Shown: positions 1 to 9,806, counted from the stretch's first letter. The stretch is 64,000 bases of DNA from Spirochaetia bacterium (GCA_965203055.1 OZ241863.1:2752001-2816000), one strand, 5' to 3'. The notes: a model not told the origin generated them from the sequence alone. Program-made: numbers and translations.

Positions 1-1783
1 GGCGCAGCTCCGCGGACTCGGCCAGCAACTCGTCCAACGCGCCAACCGCGGCTACGCGGCCGCGGCTCAGCAGCACGACCCGGTCGGCGTGGCGCAACAC
101 GCGCCGGCGATGCGACACCACCAGGCAGGTGGGGCGAACGGCGCGCACCCGGCCCAGCACCCGATCCCACAGCAGCCGCTCGGTCTTCACGTCCAGCGCG
201 CTCGACAGGTCGTCGATCACCAGGAGCTCTGCCCCCTGCGCCAGCATGCGCGCGGCCGCCACCCGCTGCGCCTGACCGCCGGAGAGGCGCAGCCCGCGCG
301 CGCCGACCCGGGTCCGCAGCCCCTCCGCCATGGCCGCCAGATCCGGCTCCAGCACCGCGTCGCGCACCGCCGCGGCCAGCGCCGCGTCAGCCAGCGGGGC
401 GCCCAGCGAGATGTTGTCTTCCACCGTGGTGCTGAACAGCTTGGGCGTCTGCGGGGTATAGGATGCGCGCGGCGGCACCATGAACCGGTCGGGATGGGCG
501 ACCGCGGCGCCGTTCCAGCGCAACTCTCCGGCCTGGCGCGGCAGCAACCCCAGCAGCACCTTGAGCAGCGTGGTCTTGCCGGCGCCGATGCGGCCCGTGA
601 TCACGGTGAACGACCCGCGCTCCACGGTCAGATCGATATCCCTGATGCCGGCGCCGCCGGCCGGATGCAGATAGGTGACCCCGCGCAGCTCCAGGCGTTG
701 CAACGGGCCGGCGCGGCCCGCCTCGCTCTCCCGCTCGGCGGCCGCTACGGCGTCGCGGCAGGTCAGCTCGGCGGCGGCGCCGCCGCCGGCGGCGGCCGGC
801 ATGGCGTCGCGCAGGCGGGCGAGCGACACTTTGGCGCGCCGGACGTTGACCAGCATGCCCATCATCCACTGCGCGTAGTCCGCCACCTGGTCCAGGTAGG
901 TCACGAACAGCACGAACTCGCCCACCGTGAAGCCGCGGTCTCCCGTGAAGCTCAGGTAGAACAGCAGCAGCGAGGTGCACGCCACCGCGGTGCCGTCGGA
1001 CACTCCTTCCAACACCTGCGCCAGCACCTTCTCGCGCAGCGCCGCGCGCCGGCGCCGCCGATTCAACCGCTCCAGCCGGCGCGCGGCGCCGTCGATGCTC
1101 GGCGCCAGCTTGAAGGTCGCGAACGCGCCGAACACCTCGCCGATGAATTCCGCCACCTCGGCGCCGGCGTTGCGCGCGGCGCGGCGCAGCGCGGTGACGC
1201 GCGTCTTGACCGCCTGCGCCGCCAGCGCCGACAGGACGATCGGCACGGTCACGATGCAGGTGAGCAACCAGTCGATGGCCGCCATGATGGCTATCGCGCC
1301 AACCGCGAAGCCGACCACGCCCACGCCGTCGATCGCCTCTTCCAGCGGGAGGCAACCCTCCTCCACGTCGTCGCGCACCCGGCTGACCGTCTCGCTGGAG
1401 CTGCGCGGCGTCGCCAGCGCGGCCGGGCCGGCGGCGATCAGGCGCAGCAGATTGAGCCGCACCAGCCCGGTCGCGCGCGTCCAGAGGCCGCCCCACAACC
1501 ACTCCGCGCCCACCCCGACCAGCGCCCGCGTGACGCCGATCGCGGCCAGCAGCGCCAGGATCGACCACGGCGTGATCGCCAGCGGCGCGTCGCCGGCCAG
1601 TCCGTCGTAGTACACCTTGGTCACGTAGCCGGGCAGCAGCGGCGCCATGTGGGACAGGCTCCACAGGCACAGGTTGGCCAGGAACAGGCCGGGCCGATAG
1701 CTCACCAGTCCGCGCGTAAACCGCCCCATGCCGCCGCGCTTCCGGGCCGTTCCGGTCGCACGTGGTTGCCGAAGTTGCGTCAC
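1..1783 (-). CDS. ABC exporter, fused permease/ATP-binding protein (3' end runs off the window)
   Basis: Not in the ORF track; translated by hand. GTG at 1783 (alternative ATG 1729), TM domain, Walker A GRIGAGKTT, signature LSGGQ, Walker B LLVIDD, H-loop SHR. Confidence 0.9.
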   Translation of the reverse strand, partial: MTQLRQPRATGTARKRGGMGRFTRGLVSYRPGLFLANLCLWSLSHMAPLLPGYVTKVYYDGLAGDAPLAITPWSILALLAAIGVTRALVGVGAEWLWGGLWTRATGLVRLNLLRLIAAGPAALATPRSSSETVSRVRDDVEEGCLPLEEAIDGVGVVGFAVGAIAIMAAIDWLLTCIVTVPIVLSALAAQAVKTRVTALRRAARNAGAEVAEFIGEVFGAFATFKLAPSIDGAARRLERLNRRRRRAALREKVLAQVLEGVSDGTAVACTSLLLFYLSFTGDRGFTVGEFVLFVTYLDQVADYAQWMMGMLVNVRRAKVSLARLRDAMPAAAGGGAAAELTCRDAVAAAERESEAGRAGPLQRLELRGVTYLHPAGGAGIRDIDLTVERGSFTVITGRIGAGKTTLLKVLLGLLPRQAGELRWNGAAVAHPDRFMVPPRASYTPQTPKLFSTTVEDNISLGAPLADAALAAAVRDAVLEPDLAAMAEGLRTRVGARGLRLSGGQAQRVAAARMLAQGAELLVIDDLSSALDVKTERLLWDRVLGRVRAVRPTCLVVSHRRRVLRHADRVVLLSRGRVAAVGALDELLAESAELR

Positions 1784-1954
1784 GTCGATTGCTCAGCCCG
1801 CCGGGGAGGGGCGGCAAAGCGGCCAAGCCGCCGGGCGCGCCGCCCACCCCGCCGGGCGAAAGCGGAAGCTATAGCACGCGCACCTTGCCTTGCATACCCC
1901 TGTTGGCGCGGGCAATTGACAACCGGGCGCGGCGGCGCCACCCTCGCGTTCGGG

Positions 1955-3817
1955 ATGACGATGGCACGACACGGGGGCCGCGCCGGCGCGGCGCGGCGCT
2001 GGCTGCGGCGGGCGGCGGCCGGCGGCCTGCTGGCCGTTGCGGCCGCGGGCGCCAGCGCGGAGCCTCACTCGGTGGCGCGGCGCTGGAACGAGGCGCTGCT
2101 GGAGGCGACCCGCAACGACTTTGCGCGGCCTCCGATTCACGCGCGCAACCTGTTCCACGTGTCCGCGGCGATGTGGGACGCGTGGGCGGTCTACGACGAC
2201 ACCGCCGAGCCGCTCTTCCTCGACGAGCGCCTGCAGGCCGATGACGTGCAGGCGGCGCGCCGTGAGGCGATCAGCTACGCCGCCTACCGCGTGCTCTACC
2301 GCCGCTACCAGATCTCGCCCGGCGCCTACGTCTCGCTGCCGAGCTTCGACGACCTCCTGACCGAGCTCGGCTACGACTACCGGGTCACCGAGCGGGAGGG
2401 GAACAGTCCGGCGGCGGTCGGCAACCGCATCGCCAAGCTGATCCTCGACCGCGGCTACGACGACGGCGCCGACGAGCTGGGTTCCTACGCCTTCGAGTTC
2501 GACTACCGGGCGGCCAACCCGCCGCTGGTGGTGGCCCACTCCGGCGCCGGCGAGCTGGCCGACCCCAACCGCTGGCAGCCGCTGTCGCTGCGCCTGTTCG
2601 TGGACCAGGCGGGGCGGGTGCAGCCGGGCCGCGTGCAACGCTTCATCGGCTCCCACTGGGGATCGGTAACGTCGTTCGCCCTGCCCGGCAGCGGCATGGC
2701 GGCCGGCGACGGCGTGTTCCACGATCCCGGGCCGCCGCCCTTCCTCGGCGGGGAACGCGCCGCGGAATACCGCACCGGCTTCGCCGAAGTGCTGCGCTAC
2801 GCCGCCGTCCTGGATCCCGACGACGGGGTGTCGATCGACATTTCGCCGCGCTCGCGCGGCGGCAACAGCCTGGGCGCCAACGACGGCCGCGGCTACGCCG
2901 TGAACCCCGTTACCGGGCAGCCCTACGAGCCCAACGTCGTGAAGCGCGGCGACTGGGCGCGGGTGATCGCGGAGTTCTGGGCCGACGGCCCCGACTCGGA
3001 GACGCCGCCGGGCCACTGGAACAGCCTGGCCAACTACGTGACCGACCACCCGCTGCTGGAGCGGCGCCTGCTCGGCGAGGGGCCGCTGCTCGATCCGCTG
3101 GAGTGGGACGTCAAGCTCTACCTGGCGCTCAACGGCGCCGTGCATGACGCCGCGGTCTGCGCCTGGGGTCTGAAGGGACACTACGACTACGTGCGGCCGA
3201 TCACCGCCATCCGCCACATGGCGGGACTGGGACAATCTTCCGACCCGGAGCTGCCCTCCTGGCATCCCGACGGCCTGCCGCTGGAACCGGGGTTGGCGGA
3301 ACTGATCACCGCGGCCAGCGCCGCGCCCGGCGCGCGCCACGCCCATCTGGCCGAGCACGTGGGACAGATCGCCGTCTACTCCTGGCTGGGCAAGCCGGAG
3401 GAACTCACCGACTACAGCGGCGTCGGCTGGCTGCTGGGCGTCGACTGGGTGCCCTATCAGCGCGACACCTTCGTCACCCCGCCATTCGCCGGCTACGTCT
3501 CCGGCCACAGCACCTTCAGCCGCGCCGCGGCGGAGGTGCTGGCGCTGTTCACCGGCAGCGAGTACTTTCCCGGCGGCCTGGGGGAGTTCGCGGCCCCGGC
3601 GCACGACTTCCTGGCGTTCGAGTCCGGGCCCAGCGAGACCCTCACGCTGCAGTGGGCGACCTACTACGACGCCTCCGACGAGGCCGGCATCTCGCGCCTC
3701 TACGGCGGCATCCACCCGCGCATGGACGACCTGCCGGGCCGCCGCATCGGCTCCCGGATCGGGCGCGACGCGTTCGCGCGCGCGCTCACCTACTTCGACG
3801 GCAGCGCCGGAAGCTGA
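1955..3817 (+). CDS. Secreted vanadium-dependent haloperoxidase-like (PAP2 superfamily) protein
   Basis: C-terminal half of ORF 89..3817. Signal-like N-terminus. Vanadate-binding motifs K-x6-RP (KGHYDYVRP), YVSGHS and SRLYGGIH. TTGACA-N17-CACCCT at 1916-1944. Confidence 0.85.
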   Translation: MTMARHGGRAGAARRWLRRAAAGGLLAVAAAGASAEPHSVARRWNEALLEATRNDFARPPIHARNLFHVSAAMWDAWAVYDDTAEPLFLDERLQADDVQAARREAISYAAYRVLYRRYQISPGAYVSLPSFDDLLTELGYDYRVTEREGNSPAAVGNRIAKLILDRGYDDGADELGSYAFEFDYRAANPPLVVAHSGAGELADPNRWQPLSLRLFVDQAGRVQPGRVQRFIGSHWGSVTSFALPGSGMAAGDGVFHDPGPPPFLGGERAAEYRTGFAEVLRYAAVLDPDDGVSIDISPRSRGGNSLGANDGRGYAVNPVTGQPYEPNVVKRGDWARVIAEFWADGPDSETPPGHWNSLANYVTDHPLLERRLLGEGPLLDPLEWDVKLYLALNGAVHDAAVCAWGLKGHYDYVRPITAIRHMAGLGQSSDPELPSWHPDGLPLEPGLAELITAASAAPGARHAHLAEHVGQIAVYSWLGKPEELTDYSGVGWLLGVDWVPYQRDTFVTPPFAGYVSGHSTFSRAAAEVLALFTGSEYFPGGLGEFAAPAHDFLAFESGPSETLTLQWATYYDASDEAGISRLYGGIHPRMDDLPGRRIGSRIGRDAFARALTYFDGSAGS

Positions 3818-3858
3818 CCCCCGCGCCGGCCGCTGCCGGCCTGCCTGACTACTCCTGA

Positions 3859-4686
3859 CTACTCCGGATGAACCTTGAACTCGGTGTAGTCCCGCTCCAA
3901 CTGTTCGGCGTTGGGATCGATGACCGGACCGGCGTCGTCCTGCGGCTCGTAGCCCAGCACCGCGCGCGCCTTGTCGAGCGAGAAGATCTTCCAGTAGTTG
4001 TCCGAGGTGGCGAATACCACCGTGTAGCCCACCGCCGCGGGAGCGTCGATGGCGCGGAGATGGATCTGGGCGGTGTCGCGGTGGCTCAGCCACAGGGCCA
4101 GCGCGGAGCCGCCGAAGGCGGGCCGGTCGTTGGACAGGGTGAACCCGATCCGCACCGCTATCGTCGAGAGGCCGCGGGTGTCGTAGTAGTAGCGGCCCAT
4201 CGCTTCGCCGTAGGCCTTCGACATGCCGTAGTAGCCGGACGGGCGGATCGGCGCGGTCTCGTCCAGCAGCGGATAGGGGCGCCGCACGCGCTCGAACTCG
4301 CCGGCGAAGATGTGGCAGTAGGGCGGATCGCGGTAGAAACCGCCCACGGTGTGCTGCGAGCTGCCGAATACGATGCGCCGCACGCCGCAGCGCAACGCCG
4401 CCTGATACACGTGGTAGAGGCCCCGGATGTTGTAGCTGACGGTGGAGTCGAACGGCGCCTTCATGCTGCGGTCGGCGGCCAGGTGCACCACCACGTCCTG
4501 ATTCGCGAACGCCGGCAGCAGCGAATCGAAGTCGGCGATGTTGCCGCGAAAGTCGTGCGCCGCGTCGAGTCCCGGCGTGCCGTAGCGCGACAACGCCGAC
4601 AACTCGTAGCGCTCCGCCAGTTGGCGCTGCATCGCCTGCCCCACCACCCCGCTCAGTCCGGTTACCAATACCCGCGTCTTCGCCAC
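3859..4686 (-). CDS. NAD-dependent epimerase/dehydratase (uronate dehydrogenase-like SDR)
   Basis: GTG start after AGGAGG; VLVTGLSGVVG Rossmann motif; YGMSK catalytic YxxxK. Confidence 0.85.
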   Translation of the reverse strand: MAKTRVLVTGLSGVVGQAMQRQLAERYELSALSRYGTPGLDAAHDFRGNIADFDSLLPAFANQDVVVHLAADRSMKAPFDSTVSYNIRGLYHVYQAALRCGVRRIVFGSSQHTVGGFYRDPPYCHIFAGEFERVRRPYPLLDETAPIRPSGYYGMSKAYGEAMGRYYYDTRGLSTIAVRIGFTLSNDRPAFGGSALALWLSHRDTAQIHLRAIDAPAAVGYTVVFATSDNYWKIFSLDKARAVLGYEPQDDAGPVIDPNAEQLERDYTEFKVHPE

Positions 4687-4825
4687 CGCCGCCTCCTGAA
4701 CCACGCTATATTTCAGGTCCATACCAAGTATTGCCTGCCAACCAGTCCACCTGCTCGGCCTCTGACCGCTCGGTATCGGTCGCAAACAAGGACAAGTAGA
4801 GATTAGCACCCAACCCCAGTTAGCG

Positions 4826-5671
4826 TCAGTCGGACTTGCGGCGCAGCAAGGCCTCGAGTTCGGCCAGACGCGCTTCTGCGGCTTGGCGGGCGGCCGCCTC
4901 CCGGCGGCGGGCGGCGGCTTCCCGTTGGGCGCGGGTTTCGGCGGCCTGGCGGGCGGCGGCCTCCTGTTGGACGCGGGTCTCTGCGGCCTGGCGGGCGGCC
5001 GCTTCCCGGCGGCGGGCGACCGCTTCCTGCTCTGCGCGAGACTCCGCCTCCCGGCGTTGTTCGTCGGTCTCCGCCAAGTCCGGCAGCTCCTTCCCCGTCT
5101 GCGGATCGTAGAACCTCAGCCGGCGCCCTGCCACCCGCAACTCCAGTCCCAGCACCTCGCTCCGCGCCGCCAACGTCCCGTCCGCCAACCTCCACCCCGA
5201 CAGCGGCTCGTACTCTCCCTCCACCAACTCCAACCCCTGCAGCGGCGGCTCCAGGTAGTTCCGCGTCGGATCGTACTGCCAGTACTCCCCCACCCCCAGC
5301 CGGCGATACAACTCCCGCTTCCTGTCCCGATCGTCCCGCCACGTCGCCGGCGACGTGATCTCCAGCACGAAGTCCGGCGCCTTCTCCTCCTCCCACAGCC
5401 GGTACGACGCGCGTTCTTCTTTGCGATTGCGCGCCCCGAACACCACGAACACGTCCGGCGCCACCCTTGCCCGCGTCCCTTCCTCGTAGTAGATCAGCAG
5501 GTTGCCGGAGGCGAACGCCTCCGGGCGGTTGCGGAAGTAGTGCCGGAGGCAGCTCACGGCGTACGTGAGAGGTATCAGTTGCGACTCGCTTTCCGCCATC
5601 GGCTTGCCGTCCGAGCTGGGGTAGTCTATCGCTGCCGCCGGCGCCGGCGGAGCGCTGAGTGAACTTGCCAT
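4826..5671 (-). CDS. Uma2 family PD-(D/E)XK endonuclease with repetitive coiled-coil tail
   Basis: YPSSDGKPMAES start, APDVFVV, PDFVLEITS, EYWQYDP motifs; EAAARQAAE repeats at the C-terminus. Confidence 0.9.
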   Translation of the reverse strand: MASSLSAPPAPAAAIDYPSSDGKPMAESESQLIPLTYAVSCLRHYFRNRPEAFASGNLLIYYEEGTRARVAPDVFVVFGARNRKEERASYRLWEEEKAPDFVLEITSPATWRDDRDRKRELYRRLGVGEYWQYDPTRNYLEPPLQGLELVEGEYEPLSGWRLADGTLAARSEVLGLELRVAGRRLRFYDPQTGKELPDLAETDEQRREAESRAEQEAVARRREAAARQAAETRVQQEAAARQAAETRAQREAAARRREAAARQAAEARLAELEALLRRKSD

Positions 5672-5696
5672 ACGACCACGCCTCCAGACGCCGGCC

Positions 5697-5726
5697 AGCT
5701 TAGCACGCCGCGCGCCGGCTCGACAG
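5697..5726 (-). promoter_or_regulatory. Putative sigma70 promoter of the Uma2 gene (CTGTCG-N18-TAAGCT with TGn extension)
   Basis: GGAGG RBS downstream; near-identical motif recurs at 39715-39743. Confidence 0.5.
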
Positions 5727-5742
5727 CCTCGCAGTCGTTCAG

Positions 5743-5769
5743 GGGCGCACTTCCAATGTGTTGGTACCG
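5743..5769 (+). mobile_element. Isolated ISKra4-type terminal inverted repeat, followed by an internally deleted HNH gene remnant (to ~5900)
   Basis: GGGCGCACTTCCAATGTGTTGGTACCG matches the reverse complement of 41306-41332 at 26/27 and resembles the IS ends at 55101 and 56623. Confidence 0.75.
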
Positions 5770-5992
5770 GTCCCGCGCGTCGGCGCCGAAGCCGGCGACC
5801 GACACCGCCATCACCGCTACCGCCACGCCGGCGCCGGATTCGGCCGCCCGGCGAGGATCGTCAGGCGCCGAGCGGGCGCCTCATCCCCCCTACGCCATGA
5901 ACGTGACCGATAGTTGCGCAGCGCCCGAAATCTCCGGCAAGCAACGCAGACGCCGCGCCGTTGCATGGGGGCAGAGGAGAGAATGACACCGA

Positions 5993-6955
5993 ATGTCACC
6001 GCCCCTGCATCAGCCGCACGATCACCTGTTCCGCCTGGTGTTCGCCGACCCACGGGAGACCGCTGCCTTCCTCCGCGCGCGCCTGCCGGAGTCCCACCAG
6101 CGCGGCTTGCTCTGGTCCTCCCTGCGCCGCGCCCCAGGCTCCTTCATCGACCAGGAACTGCGCGACTCCGTCTCCGATCTGCTGTTCGAAGTGCGCACCG
6201 CCGCCGCCGCGCCGCGGCAGTGGCTCTACCTGCTGTTCGAACATCAGTCCCGCCCCGACCGCTGGATCACGCTCCGCCTGCTGCGCTACTGCTGCCGCAT
6301 CTGGGAGAACGACCGCCGCGCCCGCCCCAAAGCGCGGTACCTGCGCCCCGTGCTGCCGCTGGTGTTCTACCAGGGCAAGCGCCACTGGACCTACGCCATC
6401 GAACTGGCCGAGTCCTTCCCCCCGGCGCTACGCGGCCAGCCATGGGTGCCCCGCTTCCACCCCCTGCTGCTCGATCAGACCCGGATGGCGCCAGCGGCCG
6501 TGGCCGGGGAACTGCTCGGACAGTTGCTGCAACTCGCGATGATGCACACCTTCAAGCAGGCCCTGGAGGAAGCGCGGGAGCGGATCGCACCGCTGCTGGA
6601 GGCATTGCAGCGGGAGCCGGTGCGCGGCGGGGTGGATTACTACCAGGCGTTCATGTCGTATATTCTGAAGACCGGGCCGGCGGACACGCTGCAAGCGCTG
6701 GGTGAGGTGCTGCGGCGCCGGGCGCCGAAACTGAGAGGTGATCTGATGACCTGTGGCGAGATTCTGCGCCGGGAAGGCGAGTTGAAAGGCCGGCAGGAGG
6801 GCCGCCAGGAAGGCCGTCTGGAGACCATCGACGGGCTCCTGCGGGCCGGGGTCAAGTGGCCGGTGATTCAATCCGCCACCGGCATCGACGAGCACACCTA
6901 CCGCACCCTCAAACGCGACGCCGCCAACGGCACCGAGCAGACCACGCCGCGTTAA
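5993..6955 (+). CDS. Rpn family recombination-promoting nuclease/putative transposase (copy 1)
   Basis: PHDHLFR, SDLLF, YLLFEHQS, PVLPLVFYQG motifs and EGRQEG tail. Confidence 0.92.
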   Translation: MSPPLHQPHDHLFRLVFADPRETAAFLRARLPESHQRGLLWSSLRRAPGSFIDQELRDSVSDLLFEVRTAAAAPRQWLYLLFEHQSRPDRWITLRLLRYCCRIWENDRRARPKARYLRPVLPLVFYQGKRHWTYAIELAESFPPALRGQPWVPRFHPLLLDQTRMAPAAVAGELLGQLLQLAMMHTFKQALEEARERIAPLLEALQREPVRGGVDYYQAFMSYILKTGPADTLQALGEVLRRRAPKLRGDLMTCGEILRREGELKGRQEGRQEGRLETIDGLLRAGVKWPVIQSATGIDEHTYRTLKRDAANGTEQTTPR

Positions 6956-6970
6956 CCTTCCGCCGCATGC

Positions 6971-7557
6971 GCGTCAGTCGGACATGCGGCGCAGCAACGC
7001 CTCGAGTTCGGCCAGACGCGCTTCTGCGGCTTGGCGGGCGGCGGCCCGCGCCGGCTAAGCTAAAGGCGCCGAGCAAACTTCAGCGGCGAGGGTATCGGCG
7101 CAGGCGCCGGCGCAGCCGGGAGACGAAGCCGCTGACCGCCCGGACACTTCGGCGGCGAAGCCGGCGACCGACACCACTTCGGAGCTGAAGACGCGGCGCC
7201 TCGGCCGGCAGGCTGCGGCGGGCGCAGCCGGCTGCGCCGCCGCGGACCCGGACTTCGGCAGCGAAGACGGGCGTGACCGGCCGCGCCATCCCGGCGGCGG
7301 TCAAGCGCGAGGTGTGGCGGCGTGACCGCGGCCGCTGCCGCTACGTGGACGGCGCCAGTGGGCGCCGCTGCGGCTCGCAACACCTGCTGCAGATCGATCA
7401 CGTCGTGCCGTATGCCTGCGGCGGCGCCGCCGAGCCGAACAATCTCCGCCTGCTGTGCGCCGCCCATCACCGCTACCGCCACGCCGGCGCCGGATTCGGG
7501 CGCCCCGGCGAGGATCGTCAGGCGCCGAGCGGGCGCCTCACCCCCCCTACGCCATGA
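6971..7557. pseudogene. Fused remnants: Uma2 3' end (6971-7042, minus) and HNH gene C-terminal part (~7050-7557, plus)
   Basis: 6971-7042 is near-identical to 4823-4893. 7273-7557 encodes the same HNH domain as 39779-41122 but lacks the N-terminal domain. Confidence 0.8.
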
Positions 7558-7648
7558 AACATGACCGATAGTTGCGCAGCGCCCGAAATCTCCGGCAAGC
7601 AACGCGGACGCCGCGCCGTTGTAGGGGCAGAGGAGAGAATGACACCGA

Positions 7649-8623
7649 ATGACACCGCCCCTGCATCAGCCCCACGATCACCTGTTCCGCCTGGTGTTCG
7701 CCGACCCACGGGAGACCGCCGCCTTCCTCCGCGCGCGCCTGCCGGAGTCCCACCAGCGCGGCTTGCTCTGGTCCTCCCTGCGCCGCGCCCCAGGCTCCTT
7801 CATCGACCAGGAACTGCGCGACTCCGTCTCCGATCTGCTGTTCGAAGTGCGCACCGCCGCCGCCGCGCCGCGGCAGTGGCTCTACCTGCTGTTCGAACAT
7901 CAGTCCCGCCCCGACCGCTGGATCACGCTCCGCCTGCTGCGCTACTGCTGCCGCATCTGGGAGAACGACCGCCGCGCCCGCCCCAAAGCGCGGTACCTGC
8001 GCCCCGTGCTGCCGCTGGTGTTCTACCAAGGCAAGCGCCACTGGACCTACGCCATCGAACTGGCCGAGTCCTTCCCCCCGGCGCTACGCGGCCAGCCATG
8101 GGTGCCCCGCTTCCACCCCCTGCTGCTCGATCAGACCCGGATGGCGCCAGCGGCCGTGGCCGGGGAACTGCTCGGGCAGTTGCTGCAACTCGCGATGATG
8201 CACACCTTCAAGCAGGCCCTGGAGGAAGCGCGGGAGCGGATCGCACCGCTGCTGGAGGCGTTGCAGCGAGAGCCGGTGCGCGGCGGGGTAGATTACTACC
8301 AGGCGTTCATGTCGTATATTCTGAAGACCGGGCCGGCGGACACGCTGCAAGCGCTGGGTGAGGTGCTGCGGCGCCGGGCGCCGAAACTGAGAGGTGATCT
8401 GATGACCTGTGGCGAGATTCTGCGCCGGGAAGGCCGGCAGGAAGGTGAGTTGAAGGGCCGGCGTGAAGGCCGGCAGGAAGGCCGGCTGGAGACCATCGAC
8501 GGGCTCCTGCGGGCCGGGGTCAAGTGGCCGGTGATCCGGTCCGCCACCGGCATCGACGAGCACACCTACCGCTCCCTCAAACGCGACGCCGCCAACGGCA
8601 CCGAGCAGACCACGCCGCGCTAA
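7649..8623 (+). CDS. Rpn family nuclease (copy 2, near-identical to copy 1)
   Basis: Protein differs from copy 1 almost only in the tail (4 extra residues plus a few substitutions). Confidence 0.92.
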   Translation: MTPPLHQPHDHLFRLVFADPRETAAFLRARLPESHQRGLLWSSLRRAPGSFIDQELRDSVSDLLFEVRTAAAAPRQWLYLLFEHQSRPDRWITLRLLRYCCRIWENDRRARPKARYLRPVLPLVFYQGKRHWTYAIELAESFPPALRGQPWVPRFHPLLLDQTRMAPAAVAGELLGQLLQLAMMHTFKQALEEARERIAPLLEALQREPVRGGVDYYQAFMSYILKTGPADTLQALGEVLRRRAPKLRGDLMTCGEILRREGRQEGELKGRREGRQEGRLETIDGLLRAGVKWPVIRSATGIDEHTYRSLKRDAANGTEQTTPR

Positions 8624-8735
8624 CCTGTCGGTCTTCGGCTTCCCGGCGGTGCGCGGGTGCGCGGCGCGGGTGCGCCCGGCGGCGCGATTCGCTACGGTAG
8701 GGGGAGCATCGCACCGCTAGGGAGGAGCCGCAATC

Positions 8736-9806
8736 GTGGGAGAATCGAAGATCGACGCGCGGGCGCTGGAGGCGTTCTGCATCGCCGCCATGACGCAGGC
8801 CGGAATCAGCCGCGAGGACGCCGAACTGTCGGCGCGGGTGTTCGTGACCACCGACACCTGGGGGACGTTCACCCACGGCACCCGGCAGCTCCGCGGGCTG
8901 ATGAAGAATGCGCGCCGCGGGCGGCTGGCGGCCGGCGCCCGCGAGGAGGTGGCCGCCGAAGGGCCGTCCTGGGCCATGATCGACGCCCGCCACGGCATGC
9001 CGCCGGCCATCTCCTGCCGCGCCGCGCTGCTGGCGGTGGCCAAGGCGCGGGGCACCGGCATGGCCTACGTCGGCGTGCGCGGCAGCAGCCACTTCGGCGC
9101 CGCCGGCTACTACGCCAATCTGATCGCCGAACAGGGCCTGTTCGGGATGGCGATGTGCAACGTGGAGCCGTGCATGACGGTGCCGGGGGCCCGCAGCCGC
9201 ATCCTGGGAACCAACCCGATCGCCTACGCGGCGCCGACCGGAACTGCCCGCACCATCATGCTCGACATCGCCACCAGCGCGGTCGCCGCCACCAAGATCT
9301 TCGCCGCCAAGACCGAGGGCCGCAGCATCCCCGACACCTGGCTGGTGGACGACGCCGGCGTTCCCACCACCGATCCCGCCATCTACCCTGAGCGCGGCGC
9401 GCAGTTGCCGATGGCCGGCCACAAGGGCTACGGCCTGGCGGTGCTGGTGGAGATCCTGACCGCGGTGCTGACCGGCTCGGCGATGATGGGCGAGGTGCGC
9501 AGTTGGGTGGCGGACGATCCGCAGCCGCCGGACCAGGGGCACGCCTTCCTGGCGCTGGACGTCGGCGCGATGCTGCCGGCGGCCCGCTTCTACGAACGCA
9601 TGGCCGCCCTGAGCGGCGCCATCAAGGGCGCGGAACCCGCGCAGGGAGCGACCATCTACCTGCCGGGTGAGATGGAGTGGGAACGCCGCGAACAGGCGCT
9701 GGCGGAGGGGATTCCGCTGCCGGAAGACGTGCTGGTGAGCCTGCGCGGCCTGGCTGCCGACAGCGGGCTCGCGCCGGCGCGTTACGGCCTCGACCTCGGC
9801 GGATGA
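8736..9806 (+). CDS. Ldh_2 family oxidoreductase (malate/L-lactate/ureidoglycolate dehydrogenase type)
   Basis: THG, SSHFGAAGYY, GTNPIAYAAP, LDIATS, GHKGYGL and YLPGE motifs; GGAGG RBS. Confidence 0.9.
   Translation: MGESKIDARALEAFCIAAMTQAGISREDAELSARVFVTTDTWGTFTHGTRQLRGLMKNARRGRLAAGAREEVAAEGPSWAMIDARHGMPPAISCRAALLAVAKARGTGMAYVGVRGSSHFGAAGYYANLIAEQGLFGMAMCNVEPCMTVPGARSRILGTNPIAYAAPTGTARTIMLDIATSAVAATKIFAAKTEGRSIPDTWLVDDAGVPTTDPAIYPERGAQLPMAGHKGYGLAVLVEILTAVLTGSAMMGEVRSWVADDPQPPDQGHAFLALDVGAMLPAARFYERMAALSGAIKGAEPAQGATIYLPGEMEWERREQALAEGIPLPEDVLVSLRGLAADSGLAPARYGLDLGG

Noticed and set aside
89..1954. N-terminal ~620 aa of ORF 89..3817 as part of a giant haloperoxidase fusion
   Set aside because: It is the antisense shadow of the minus-strand ABC exporter; the real protein starts near 1955.
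5743..5926. A complete mini-element ending at GCGCCC 5926 (and 7584)
   Set aside because: Only a 6-bp match to the IR and no target duplication, so the right end cannot be supported.
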